Notes under the pieces: generated by a model
Told to the model about the DNA's origin: nothing
The model's database searches: none
What the model saw: only the letters and a program-made list of their open reading frames with translations
DNA from: Eledone cirrhosa
Lineage: Eukaryota
DNA length: 64,000 nucleotides
Direction of reading: 5' to 3'
Assembly (NCBI GenBank): GCA_964016885.1
Contig: OZ024741.1
Span: 387,810,001-387,874,000 of the forward strand
Program-made: the position numbers and the translations under genes
Part shown: positions 1-11,651 of the stretch, in pieces
Numbering within the stretch: the first letter of the stretch is position 1
Layout: each line of letters opens with the position of its first letter

Positions 1-1171
1 AACAAAAAATATTATTTTTCAAAATGTCTCTTAATTTTTGGTCTAATAATGATCCTGGCATAGTGACAGTATTACTTGCTGTAAGGTTATGTATAATGGC
101 ATCAGGAACTTTAAATCTGTTAGCTGCACATTTAAAACTCTGAATATTTGGTTAATTGTTTGAAAGAAATTACAACCAAATTATATTTGTAATAAACAAG
201 AGAAAAACAACCCTATTGGTGCCATAAAACAATTTCTTTGTATATACTTAGAATATTTTTCAGAAAATATCAGATGTGTTCTCACATGTACAAAAGAACA
301 ATAGATAAAACTGCCACTTTGATATCAGCTTTTAAGTTAAAAACTCTGTGTAAGTGGTGCTTAAAGGATTCGATACCTGCTTAATATAAAGAGGTAGACA
401 AATAACCAGAAATTATCCTATGTCTAGTAAAGCATGTCTCTCTCCTCGTTGTATATCTTCTAATATCTTCTCAGGTGCTGTGACAAGATTTACATACGTT
501 TTGAATTAAATGCTTTGATGGGAATTTTCTATTATATTTCATCTCTTTTCACCTTTGTATTTGCTTTTGAAACCCAATCCTAATCTGGGAAAATACTTCC
601 TTCTAAATATTGTTTGTATTCAATTAATATTGCACAATATGCAAACAATACTTAAAGGGGATTAGCAGTGTTGTTGTTATTGTGAAAATCTTTTAAGTGA
701 ATTAACAAATTGAATTTGGTTTCAAACTGAATAGAAACATTTTCAGGAAACAAAAACTAAATCTGCTCTAAATACTAATAGCTATATTTTTTATTCCATT
801 CAAACAACTTTACTCTCTAATTTAATTTCAGTTGAAAATGCATTAAAAATGTTCTGTTATAGTAATATGCATGATCTATAAATTTTAATTGCATATTTTG
901 GTCTTAAGAAATAATTTTTATTCTAGATATCAAAATCTAAGGAATCAATGTATGTTTTACAGATTTGTCATACCACTTATAGAATCATAGAATTAAATTC
1001 TCCAAATCTCTAAGAATTAGGCTGTAGAATTTATAAGAACATTGTTTTACATTGCAGATATTTTGGTTCATAGGTATAAATATGGTATCTGGTGGTGAAA
1101 TTGCAAAATATTTTGTTTTTTAGTTTCTAAGTCTTAGGTTCTGAAGCTTCTGAAAGCAAGACATTTCAGTC

Positions 1172-1853
1172 AAAACTTTTGATACCAACCCACATGAAAC
1201 CACCTCTGATTCTATGATACAAAACTGCTTCTTTTAAAGTGTCTTAAACCTTTCATCATAATTTTATTTCAGAGCATTTTGTTAAGTAATGTTCCAAACT
1301 TCAACTTAATAATGAAACAATTATATTACTAAATTCTTCCAAATATTTGATTATTTTCTAAATTAATTGAAACAAATTGACAGTGTATGGTAACAATTGG
1401 CAGTGTATTTTATCAGAAATATGGTTAAAAATTGGCAGTGTATTTTATTAGAAATATGGTAATAAATTGGCAGTGTATTTTATTAGAAATATGGTAATAA
1501 GTTGACAGTGTATTTTATTAGAAATATAGTAATAAATTAGCAGTGTATTTTATTAGAAATATAACAAATTGGCAGTGTATTTTATTAGAAATATGGTAAT
1601 AAATTGGCAGTGTATTTTATTAGAAATATGGTAATAAGTTGACAGTGTATTTTATTAGAAATATAGTAATAAATTAGCAGTGTATTTTATTAGAAATATA
1701 ACAAATTGGCAGTGTATTTTATTAGAAATATGGTAATAAATTGGCAGTGTATTTTATTAGAAATATGGTAATAAGTTGACAGTGTATTTTATTAGAAATA
1801 TAGTAATAAATTGGCAGTGTATTTTATTAGAAATATGGTAACAAAAAGATTAA
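1172..1853. mobile_element. Putative degenerate MITE with imperfect terminal inverted repeats and a TTAA right end; contains the 35-bp minisatellite
   Basis: Left CTTTTGATACC (~1176) is an imperfect inverted match to right GGTAACAAAAAG (~1837), which is followed by TTAA at 1850-1853. The left TTAA is not intact. Confidence 0.4.
1394..1845. repeat. 35-bp minisatellite, ~13 copies, with a 137-bp four-unit higher-order period
   Basis: CAGTG anchors at 1401, 1436, 1471, 1506, 1541, 1573, 1608, 1643, 1678, 1710, 1745, 1780, 1815. Spacings cycle 35/35/35/32. Confidence 0.95.
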
Positions 1854-2155
1854 TAAAACAAGCCATCAACTTTTTGATACTCAAACACATTTTAATTTCC
1901 TGCAATTTTTGATACATGAATGTTTTGTATTTAATTTTTTGATATCTCAATGAAATATTTATTTTAATTATATAATGTAACTTTTGTTGATTCCTATTTC
2001 TACTTAATGGTTTTGTGAATATTCAAGTAAAAAGCTAAAGCTTTATATTGTTATTTCATCACAACCCTTGATTAATTATGTCTTATTAACCTAATAACGA
2101 GATGAATGGGATGCTTTCTGATATCTGATCCACCTCTGTCTGTTCTGAGTTCATA

Positions 2156-2761
2156 CCCTGCTTCTTTCTGCCAGGAGTTATAACAAGCAGATAGGATCAA
2201 CAAAAGAAAGGTTCAAACCCTACCTTTTGCCAGGAGTTGCTACCAGCAGATAGGATCAACAAAGGAAAGGTTCAAGCCCTGCTTCCTTCTGCCAGGAGTT
2301 GCTACCAGCAGATAGGATCAACAAAAGAAAGGTTCAAACCCACCCTTCTGCCATGAGTTGCTACCAGCAGATAGTATCATCAAAGGAAAGGTTCAAGCCC
2401 TGCTTCCTTCTGCCAAGAGTTGCTACCAGCAGATAGTATCAGCAAAGGAAAGGTTCAAGCCCTGCTTCCTTCTGCCAAGAGTTGCTACCAGCAGATAGTA
2501 TCATCAAAGGAAAGGTTCAAGCCCTGCTTCCTTCTGCCAAGAGTTGCTACCAGCAGATAGTATCATCAAAGGAAAGGTTCAAGCCCTGCTTCCTTCTGCC
2601 AAGAGTTGCTACCAGCAGATAGTATCATCAAAGGAAAGGTTCAAGCCCTGCTTCCTTCTGCCAAGAGTTGCTACCAGCAGATAGTATCATCAAAGGAAAG
2701 GTTCAAGCCCTGCTTCCTTCTGCCAAGAGTTGCTACCAGCAGATAGTATCATCAAAGGAAA
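2156..2761. repeat. 62-bp minisatellite, ~10 copies
   Basis: Unit CCCTGCTTCCTTCTGCCAAGAGTTGCTACCAGCAGATAGTATCATCAAAGGAAAGGTTCAAG; TGCTTCC recurs at 2401, 2463, 2525, 2587, 2649, 2711. Left copies are more diverged. Confidence 0.95.
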
Positions 2762-3497
2762 GACCATTGGAAACATTGTTTCCTTTGTTCTATCCAACAA
2801 GTTCTTTTCATTTCCTTTTTTTTTAAATCTAATCCCCTTCAAACACATCATTGCATGTTTGTCATAAAGAAAAAACTGATACAGCTTCATATGATCTTAT
2901 TATATGCCACTATATTAGAATTGGAGTATTGGAGTCCTCTATGTATGATTTGGTTGATAAATAATGGTTCAGTATAAGTTGGTATAGAAAGATACAAAGA
3001 TAGTTTAAATATAATTAATCAGTAAATAAAATTGCTAGATTCTAAATTACCTGTTTGAAATGAGATTAAATATAATATATATATATATATATATGTGTGT
3101 ATAATGACTGAGATAAAAAAAACAATTAGTGTTATTAGGTTGACACTGTGGATGAAAGAGTGAAAAGAAGTTCAGTGTATCGGATATTGGTCCTTCATCA
3201 GGAGAATACAATAGAAGATAGATTAGAAAATGAAAAAAATAGAAAAAGAGGAATGTGAGCATGTGTTTTTTAATTTTTTGTATGTGTCAGCATATATATT
3301 GGTGGAATGGTTTTATACATATATATATATAGAGAGAGAGAGACACACACACAGATATATATTTGTGTGTTTAGAAAGAAAGAGAGGGTTCCTCTTATAT
3401 TAATCTCTTGTTTCTTAAAATGATATATTTCTGAAATGCAGTTTTGCTACTATATTTTTTCCAAAGCTTCCCTTCTCATTACTTTATTCCTTCAAAC

Positions 3498-3813
3498 CAG
3501 GGTTGTGCAATATATTCCATCGGCAGGCCACTTTTGAACATTGGAACAACTATTAGGGCCATTGATATTTATTAAGCACTATTCCAAAGATTCACCACAA
3601 CTTCTTTCCATAACATGGAACTGGGAAATTATAACACATAACTCTATCAGTGAAGCCCTTTAGTATAGGTCAACTAACAGAAAATTGTATTACAGTTACA
3701 AAAAAATTCTAAATAAGCCTACAATGTAAAAATTAAAAATGGTCATCACAGGCCACTCTGACTGGTCTGGCAGGCCAGATTGTGGCCCGCGGGCCGCCTG
3801 TTGCACGCCTCTG
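3498..3813. mobile_element. Non-autonomous hAT (Charlie/MER58-like) MITE
   Basis: TIRs CAGGGTTGTGCAA and TTGCACGCCTCTG; subterminal GGCCCGCGGGCCG; 8-bp flanks CTTCAAAC and CTTTAAAA match at 6/8, consistent with a hAT target-site duplication. Confidence 0.7.
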
Positions 3814-3946
3814 CTTTAAAACCACTATCAACCTATCATTAACAATTATTCGACCATCTTTGTGTACTTTGTTTATTTGTATGGAACTTTTGTGTGTGAC
3901 ATGTGTATACATATTATATTTCAATGAAAGGGTTGAATTTCAGTCT

Positions 3947-3947
<1 letters not shown>

Positions 3948-3978
<31 letters not shown>

Positions 3979-4690
3979 TTTTACGTGCATGGGTTGGACG
4001 GGTCCTTAACACAGCATCTCTCCACTTGTGTTCCTTCATTATCTCCTCTGTGTGTTTCAGTCATTTTGGATCAGCTCTCACCACATCGGCCTCAGTCTTC
4101 CTTGGTTTACCTCTACTGTAGCTTCCTTCCACTGGGATTTCCTGGCACTTCTTCACCCATTGGTCATTGTCCATGCACATTACATGTCTGTACCAATGCA
4201 GTCTTCTCTCTTGCATATGTGATCAATAGAAATATCCTTGGAAATAATAGTTTTCTTCCCTATAAAAGTGGGTTTTTTTTACTGCTTCCAATGGTGTAGA
4301 TTGGAGTGACATTTCCGTCATTTTATTCTAGTGATGATTTCAAAATCTTGACCTGTACAGAATAGTGAGAACTTGTTTATGATGATATCTGATTCATGAC
4401 TTATTCATTCCACATTTGTAAGAAAATGGTAAAATCCTTCAACAGTCTTGTATTATACTAGGTGGAGCATGCACATAGTTCTTGTTCCAGACTCTCCAAT
4501 CTCTCATTGCAACAAGAAGATCCTGTCCAGTTAGGCCAGGCCAGTGTCTTTCACTAACAGTCATGACAGTTATGTTTGGATGTCCTACTCAGTGCTTTGC
4601 CTCTAGTGACCAGAGAAGCAGTTCCCTGCATTATGGTGAGAAACATGACCAGCAAGAGCTTTTGCTTGCTCAGTTTATTGATCTGTAAAT
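3948..4690 (-). mobile_element. Degenerate LINE/SINE 3' remnant with (ATG)n tail
   Basis: (CAT)n followed by TTTTACGTGCATGGGTTGGACGG, matching the RTE/SINE tail seen at 11652-11720. The sequence to the right is heavily decayed and its boundary is uncertain. Confidence 0.45.
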
Positions 4691-4784
4691 AGATTCTATG
4701 GAAAGGTATTGTGTAACTGGGACATGTTTGATAGTCTGCTTGTAAAAAAGATGGATAACATCAGAAATATTATTATTATATGAA

Positions 4785-4940
4785 ACTTGCAGGGACAGTG
4801 AACTGGCAGTATCGATAAAGTGTCAGACAACATGCTTTGCAGCATATAGTTATGTCCCTTTATGTTCTGAATTCAAATCCCATCGAATTCAGCTTTGCCT
4901 TTCATCCTTATGGGGTTGATAAAACGAAGTAACAGTAATT
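4785..4940 (+). mobile_element. SINE family B copy (tRNA-like head, CTTTGCCTTTCATCCT core)
   Basis: TTCAAATCCC B-box-like motif plus CTTTGCCTTTCATCCTTATGGGGTTGATAAAA; homologous to 6643-6835 and 15640-15832. Confidence 0.7.
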
Positions 4941-5564
4941 CACATTAGACAAAACTTGCTAAATTTCTATAATTTTTGTTGCAGTTATCTCTACAAAACT
5001 ATTACCTAATTCGTTTGCTCAACCTCCAAATTTAATGATGTCTCTTTTATCTGAGTTCTCTTTATGATGGTAATTTGGATGTATTTTTTTTAAATGGTGT
5101 TTTGAAAGAATTGGTTTCTGATTGTTCCAGCAGTCAAGACTGTATGTGGCCTTCATCACTTCAATATCTTTTATCTTTCTCTTTTAACATAATGTAAACA
5201 ATTAAGTATTTTGTATATCATAGTATAGCTTCAGATGCAAAAGATTGGTGATTTTTACTCACAACGTAATTTTAATAGTAAAGGTATTCGCTTCCCATTT
5301 TGTACTTTCAATTGGTTTAGCATCAGATCTGAGATTTAGAAATTATTATTTTCTTATTAGGAAAACCACTGGCACTATGACAGGACCAATTAAGCTTTTA
5401 TTTATTTATTTATTTATTATTATTATTATTTTATAGAAGACTTCTATGAATGACTTCAAATCAAAACACACACTTACTTTGCTTCTGTCATCACTTTAGG
5501 AAACTTTGATTAGTCAAATATCAAATAGTACCTAACAATGCTACCTTTCAATCTACTCTGCTTT

Positions 5565-5790
5565 TATGCCTCTCAATGTTTTTTGAACTTCTTCACCTTC
5601 TTCAGTGGAACTCCACTCACATGTAGAGTGCACTGTGCAGGTTTCTTTGGGAGGATGCATGTCTCAGTCTCTGCAACATTGGTTTTCATTCCTGCCACAC
5701 TAGGCAGCAAACCTATCAAGTGCATGTTGGAGATCACTCCAACCAACTGATCCTACACCTGACCACTTCAACCCCGTGACACATGTTGAT
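5565..5790 (-). pseudogene. Old RTE-clade reverse transcriptase fragment
   Basis: Minus-strand translation gives DLQHALDRFAA* and then GMKTNVAETETCILPKKPAQCTLHVSGVPLKKVKKFKNI, resembling the RTE RT region between YADD and FKYLG. Contains a stop and indels. Confidence 0.6.
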
Positions 5791-6642
5791 CCTATCCATT
5801 AAGATTATGAACAGGAAAGATGTCACTACGTTCATTTTTTTTTTTTATTTCTAGAATTGGCTTTTATTTAAACTTTTCTTTTCATTGGAGGAGGGGAATA
5901 TTTTTAGCTCCAAGGAACTCATCTTTGCCAAGTAAAATAATAAATCTTTAACTTTAAGGAATTTATAGGTATGTAACTTATGTTAAATTACTGTTATTGT
6001 TTTAAGGTCTAAACCTACGTAAGCAACTTTCTCATGTACATTTTTAGAGATTTTGTCAGTGGCCAGTTTCAAATTTGAATGTGAGAAAATTTAGCTGTGG
6101 GTGAGAGTTCTGCTATCCCTGTACTACAATAACAGTGAAATATCTATGTTCAGTTGGTCATTTGAAAGATGTGTACTGTTTGTCTAAATGTTCCAGGAAT
6201 TCAAAACTGTTGTTCATTCATTATGGATGGATGGTCTTATAATTCCTGAAGGTGTCGTAGAAGTGCTCCTTTGATATAGAGCATTTCTAGGGCATTTTTA
6301 AACCTGGCAGATCCCTATCCTTCATTCATTATAGTTTCACTTAAATTTGCAAAACAACGAACCTGCTAAGAAATGATTCTGTTGCATTCATATTTTTTAA
6401 AATCAATTTCCAAAACAGCTTCATGTTTGTTTTTTTCTTTGTGAAATATGTAGGGTTATTTTTTAGGACTATATAGAGTTTGATCTACAAGATTTCAGAC
6501 TTCATTCACTTACCAAGTGGAGTTGAACTCATTAAATCGGAATACGGAAACAATGTTTCTATTGGTATTTCTGTTACTGATACTATCTACAGGTCATAAC
6601 TACAAAAGTTAATATATTTCTTTTAAAATTTTATTATTATTT

Positions 6643-6835
6643 GCGGTGGATTGGCAGTATTGGTAGAGAGTAGAACGCTACGCTTTGACGCATAGAGTTA
6701 CAGCCCTTGTCATTTTGAGTTCAAATCCCGCCAAGGCTAACTTTGCCTTTCATCCTTATGGAGGCGATAAAATAAAGTACCAGTAATGCACTGGGTAATT
6801 GCTGGCCTTGTACCAAAAGTAAAAAGAATTATTAT
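6643..6835 (+). mobile_element. SINE family B copy
   Basis: GCGGTGGATTGGCAGTATTGGTAGAG head, GAGTTCAAATCCCGCC B-box, CTTTGCCTTTCATCCT...GATAAAATAAAGTACCAGT core, (ATT)n tail. Confidence 0.8.
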
Positions 6836-6920
6836 TTTGTATATGTAGCCAATCACTTTTACAAAACACTGACGAGATAAAGTTAATGTAAAGAATGATG
6901 TCCTCATGTGTGGAAATGGT

Positions 6921-6987
6921 GTAAAATAGGGTGAAGACCCTTTAATTATGTGGCCAATGGCATTAAAGGGTCTTCACTCTATTTTAT
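6921..6987. other. Near-perfect hairpin: 25-bp arms, 15-nt loop
   Basis: TAAAATAGGGTGAAGACCCTTTAAT (6922-6946) pairs with ATTAAAGGGTCTTCACTCTATTTTA (6962-6986), with one G-T pair. Confidence 0.9.
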
Positions 6988-7398
6988 TAGCTATTTATTC
7001 TTTATATTAACATTATAGCTATTGGTTTTATATTTGAATTTCACTTTTATTTTCTCATTTATTTACTTATTTCTTTCTAAAGTTAAAACTACAAACTAGG
7101 AATTGACAAATGACTTACTCATTGAATTATTAGTGGATAAATAATTGGTTATACCTCATAACTTAGTGGTTCAACAAATAGAAAACAAAGTAAGTACTAG
7201 GGTTGATATCATAGATGACATTCCTTGAAGGTGGTGCTCGAGTATGGCCGCAGTCTAATGTAAAAAAAAATAGAACAAAGAATTGTAATACAATTTTGTT
7301 GCTAGGTTGTTTCATAGGAGGAGGATTCAGTGTTTATGGTGTGTCATAGGACAGAAGTTTATCCCAGATTTATTGAGTTTTATAAAAGGATTTGAGTG

Positions 7399-7640
7399 AA
7401 GGTGCATGGCCTAGTGGTAAGGGTGTTGGACATAATGTTGTGGGTTGGATTCCTTGACTGGATTGTGTATTGTGTTCTTCAGCAAAACACTTCATTTCAT
7501 TTTGCTCCAATGTATTTAGCTGAAAATGAGTACAAGCAATAACTAGGGCTTTAACCCTGTGATGGATTGGCGTCCTGTCCAGGAGGGAGTCTTGTATTCT
7601 TAGTCACTTAATACCAGGAAAACCAGGATAAGCAATGACA
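7399..7640 (+). mobile_element. Diverged tRNA-derived SINE related to family A
   Basis: GGTGCATGGCCTAGTGGTAAGG A-box head and AGCAAAACACTTCATTTCATTTTGCTCCA core similar to the copy at 9470. Confidence 0.65.
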
Positions 7641-8056
7641 GACTTTAAATAACAGGATTCAGTATTTGAACCCAGGTTTATGGTGTGCTTCTCTGTTTCT
7701 CATTGGTTGATGTGGTTTTCTTATCATATTGTTTATTCTAGGTAAGAAATCTGGAGTATATAAAGTCAAAATGTTATAGCACTTCATCTTTCTATCACTT
7801 TCTCATCTCTTTGATTTCATTTTATTCTATTTGCTAATTTATTATAGACTTAGGCAGTAAATTGTAGACCTTCATTCTCAGTAGCCTGGCTACTTTACAC
7901 TAAAGTCACTGAATGATTATACTGAATTAATAAAGAAATGCATACATATATATGAGTGTATGTGTATGCATGTATATATATATATGTGTGTGTGTGTGCG
8001 CACATATGAATGTGTATATGAATGTATATATATATATATATATATATATATCAATA

Positions 8057-8109
8057 GTCCCACCCTTGCAAGCAGGAGAAAGCGGACGTAAAATGATGAT
8101 GATGATGAT
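8057..8109 (+). mobile_element. Isolated SINE/RTE 3' tail fragment
   Basis: GTCCCACCCTTGCAAGCAGGAGAAAGCGGACGTAAAATGATGATG is near-identical to 17459-17512. Confidence 0.8.
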
Positions 8110-8143
8110 CAAACAGAAAATGGAGATTTGGGCATAAGTTAAA

Positions 8144-8178
<35 letters not shown>

Positions 8179-9031
8179 AGTGTGAAGAACAAATAGACAA
8201 AAATTACCTAATTTTTCTTTGTAGTCCCGACTGCGCAGTTTTGCTGACAGGTGTGAAGCTAAAGTGCACCTAAGGTGTGAGGTTGTCCGCTTGTTAAGAG
8301 ACTTCCTCGGTGTAGGACTGTTTCCCCAAACTGACTGCTACAAGTTACAATTTTCGAAAGGGGAAATTATCACATGGTTTTACGGTCAATAGAGGGGTAG
8401 TGCAGGATAGACTGTTGCTAGAATAAGAAGCCTATTTCAGCTTTATTTTTAATCAACCATACAGGAGTTAGGACAAATTATAGAAAATACATATAAGTAT
8501 AAACACCCAGTTTTGCTCGAATGAATGAATTACATAAAATAATCAATTAATCAAAGGTATATATAAAGTGAAAATTCATATTTGAAATGAAATTTCACTT
8601 GATGATCATTTAGATTTATGGTATGCCTTGGATATTATGTAATTCAAATGGTGAAACTTTGAAGTAGAATTATATATCTATGTATGAATCATGTTTTTAC
8701 GTCCACTTTTCCATGCTTGCATGGGAATGTATATATATATATGTATATGTATGTATGTATGTATATGGATACAAAAGTTAAATGCAAACAACACAGTACA
8801 ATGTAGAAATATATTAATTTAATGCTTGATATAGTAGGAAAAGAGTTTCAGACACTGGTCCTTCATCAGAAGATAGAATGAGAAATAAAAGATAGAGAGT
8901 GATAAGAGGAAGAAACGGAATAGAAAAAAAACATATTTTTGAGAAAAGCACATATGTGTTCAGTCAACCATTTTGGAGTAATATATATATGAATATGATT
9001 GTATATATATATATATATGTGTATATGTATG

Positions 9032-9067
<36 letters not shown>

Positions 9068-9074
9068 TATTACA

Positions 9075-9450
9075 GTAGTCAAAACCTGAAGACTGTGATG
9101 CAGTTCAAGTATGTAGAGGCATCAGTGAAGAGGGATTAAAGCCAGAGGTCATTGCAAGGAGTGCTCTAACAGCCACAGCACTTGCTAAGCTGAAACCTCT
9201 CTGGAGAGACTAAAACTCCTGTGTGCGTGGTCCTATCCATCTTTCTATATACATGCAAGTCATGGACCCTGACCACTGAACTACAAAGAAAGATCCAAAC
9301 AGTGGAGATGAGATGCTATAGAAGAATCCTTGGAATCTCCTAAACAGAACATATCACAAACAAGGAAGTTCGCAAAAGAATCAGCATGTGAGCCACTTTG
9401 AAGATCCGCTGACGACGGTGAAGAGGAGCTGAGCTGGTATGGGAATGTAA
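9075..9450 (+). pseudogene. RTE/BovB-like LINE C-terminal fragment
   Basis: Translates as EGLKPEVIARSALTATALAKLKPLWRD and SIFLYTCKSWTLTTELQRKIQTVEMRCYRRILGIS*TEHITNKEVRKRI, with stops and deletions. Confidence 0.75.
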
Positions 9451-9469
9451 CCTTAATATATATATATAT

Positions 9470-9834
9470 GGAGGCACATGGGTTAGTGGTCATTGGCCTT
9501 GCAATCGAAAGGTCGTGAGTTCAATTCTCAGACCGGGTGATGTGTTGTTTCCTTGAGCAAGACACTTTATTTCACATTGCTCCAGTTTACTCAGCTGTGG
9601 GTCCTTATCATTCCACTGTAAAGTGGACGTGTAGGTGCCACGGCAAAAAAGCACCCAGCACTCACTGTAAATGAGGTTGGTGTTAGGAAGGGCATCCAGC
9701 TGTAAAAATCAAGCCAGAATCAGTTCCCGTATGAGCAAGGCATGGTCAGCCGACTGGACACTGCCCACAACAGGACAACCCGTCTAACCCATGCTAGCGT
9801 GGAAGAACGGACGTAAAACAGTGATGATGATGAT
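9470..9834 (+). mobile_element. SINE family A (tRNA head, central core, RTE-derived 3' tail, (ATG)n end)
   Basis: GGAGGCACATGG..TAGTGGT head, GTGAGTTCAATTCTC B-box, TTGAGCAAGACACTTT core, GGTGTTAGGAAGGGCATCCAGCTG tail. Starts directly after (TA)n. Confidence 0.85.
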
Positions 9835-11651
9835 ATATATATATATGAATAATATAATGTTCTCCCCTTTTTCTAAGATAGTGGGTGTTAGTTGAGGGAG
9901 ATTTGGCTACTATTTCCAGTAGGTTGATCAACCGAATTTGAAGCTCCTTTGTTGACTTGATTCTTATATTACTTTTTCCTTGTTGGTGGCCAACAGTAAT
10001 TGGAAATATTTAAAAGTAGTCAAAAATAGAATGACCTAATCTTCATCTCATATTCTGAAAAATATTTAACTTAATGGCAAAATATATATGGTTGTTGACA
10101 GAAGGGAATGGTGAGGACTCAAACTTACCAAAGACATTAAATATTTTAAACTTTATTTACCAAAATTTGTGACTTCAAATGTATTAGCACTGAACATCAT
10201 GTTATTTAATTCTCACTAAATTAATTTTACAGCCCTTTGTTGGAAAAAAAGGAAAGGAAAAATTCACTTTTCATTTGGGAGGGGAGGAGATTTGTCATCT
10301 GTACTTCCATATGATGAGGAGAAAATGGTTCAAGTTTGACATATGAGTTAGCTTTAATGTCAGTTATCAACACGCAATGTATAAGGTTGGATAACAAACC
10401 TTGAGAGACCTATACTTTCTTGTACTTGTTGCTACTTTTGAAACACACACATACACACATTTATTCTATCTCCTTGCTGTTTTAAGCTTGGTTTAAATTT
10501 AAGGTGCCACATTTTTGAGATTATAAGACACACCCATATTTTGAAGACGAAAGGTTTGGGGAAAATGTTGATGGCTTGTGTGTGTGCGTGTATGTGTGTG
10601 TCTGTGTATATATATATATATATACACACATACCGTTTGTGTTGTTATTTCTGTTTACCTTTTACATACATATGTGTGTATATATATATATATAGTATTT
10701 ATACCTTTGGTATATAGGGCACAGGCAGATATTTGTGTAAATAATGTTTGTCATATAAAGTGGGCAAAAGGGATTCTTATCTTTTTTAATGTCTTCAGGT
10801 TATTCAAAAATTTTTGTTGATTTCTTTTTGTTTGTTTGTTTTTAAATTTATTCTCTTGGAAAATTATGAAGGGAAAAATTCTGCTGTTTCAAAAGTTAAT
10901 GAAATAGTTACAAAATGATGATTCTATCAAAACTGTAATTAACAGTAGAATTAATTGGACAATGGGTGGGTGGGAGTGAGGTCAGCAAGAGACTGTAATT
11001 TGTGGTTTGGTTTCTTTTATATATTTTCTTCAATTATTCAATAATATGATTTTATTTTTACTCCTTTCCAGAAAGGAAGCAGCAAAATTTTCATGTCTTT
11101 CACAGCTAAATTTTTTTTTTTTTTTTGTTTACCTTTTTCTCTTAAAAAATAAAAATGAATATGAAAAAAAAATGTTTTATTTAAACAAGTGTTTGTTTCT
11201 TCTTTTTTGTTTTCATATTACCTCATTTGCATTTATAATAAGAATTCATTAGTAAGATATTATCATCATGATGTTTCACATAAAAATAGAATTTATGGAA
11301 CCTTATAAATATATCACACAAAAATATACAAAGTGAAAAAAAAAACATCAAATAAGTGTGTCAATCGGTCACACACCACAAGGGGCATCAGAACCTCCCT
11401 CTAATAATTTTTGAGGCAAGTCAATATGCAGCATTACCGTGGTTGATAGTGAAACAACCAAGCACCCTCATGGATATCACCTGACACCTCAGTAAGGTGA
11501 GCTGCCAACGATGATGAGAACTTTGTTGTTAGTGGCCAGGCTCCTTCATATTGATGTATCTCATTTCAATACATGTAGTGAATTATATATATATGTTATA
11601 GATATAATAATTCATATATTATATATTGGCTACTGGACCAGTGCCATCAAT

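Noticed and set aside
2156-2761. Tandem hammerhead (retrozyme-like) repeat in the 62-bp unit
   Set aside because: The minus strand has TTGATGA rather than CTGATGA and no correctly placed GAAA or stems.
8225-8410. Possible exon or RT fragment (acceptor-like TTTTTCTTTGTAG; FTVNRGVVQ-like peptide)
   Set aside because: Too short and ambiguous; no consistent frame or donor to support either reading.
9470-9545. tRNA gene
   Set aside because: A- and B-box-like head only; it continues into a SINE body repeated three times and gives no complete cloverleaf.
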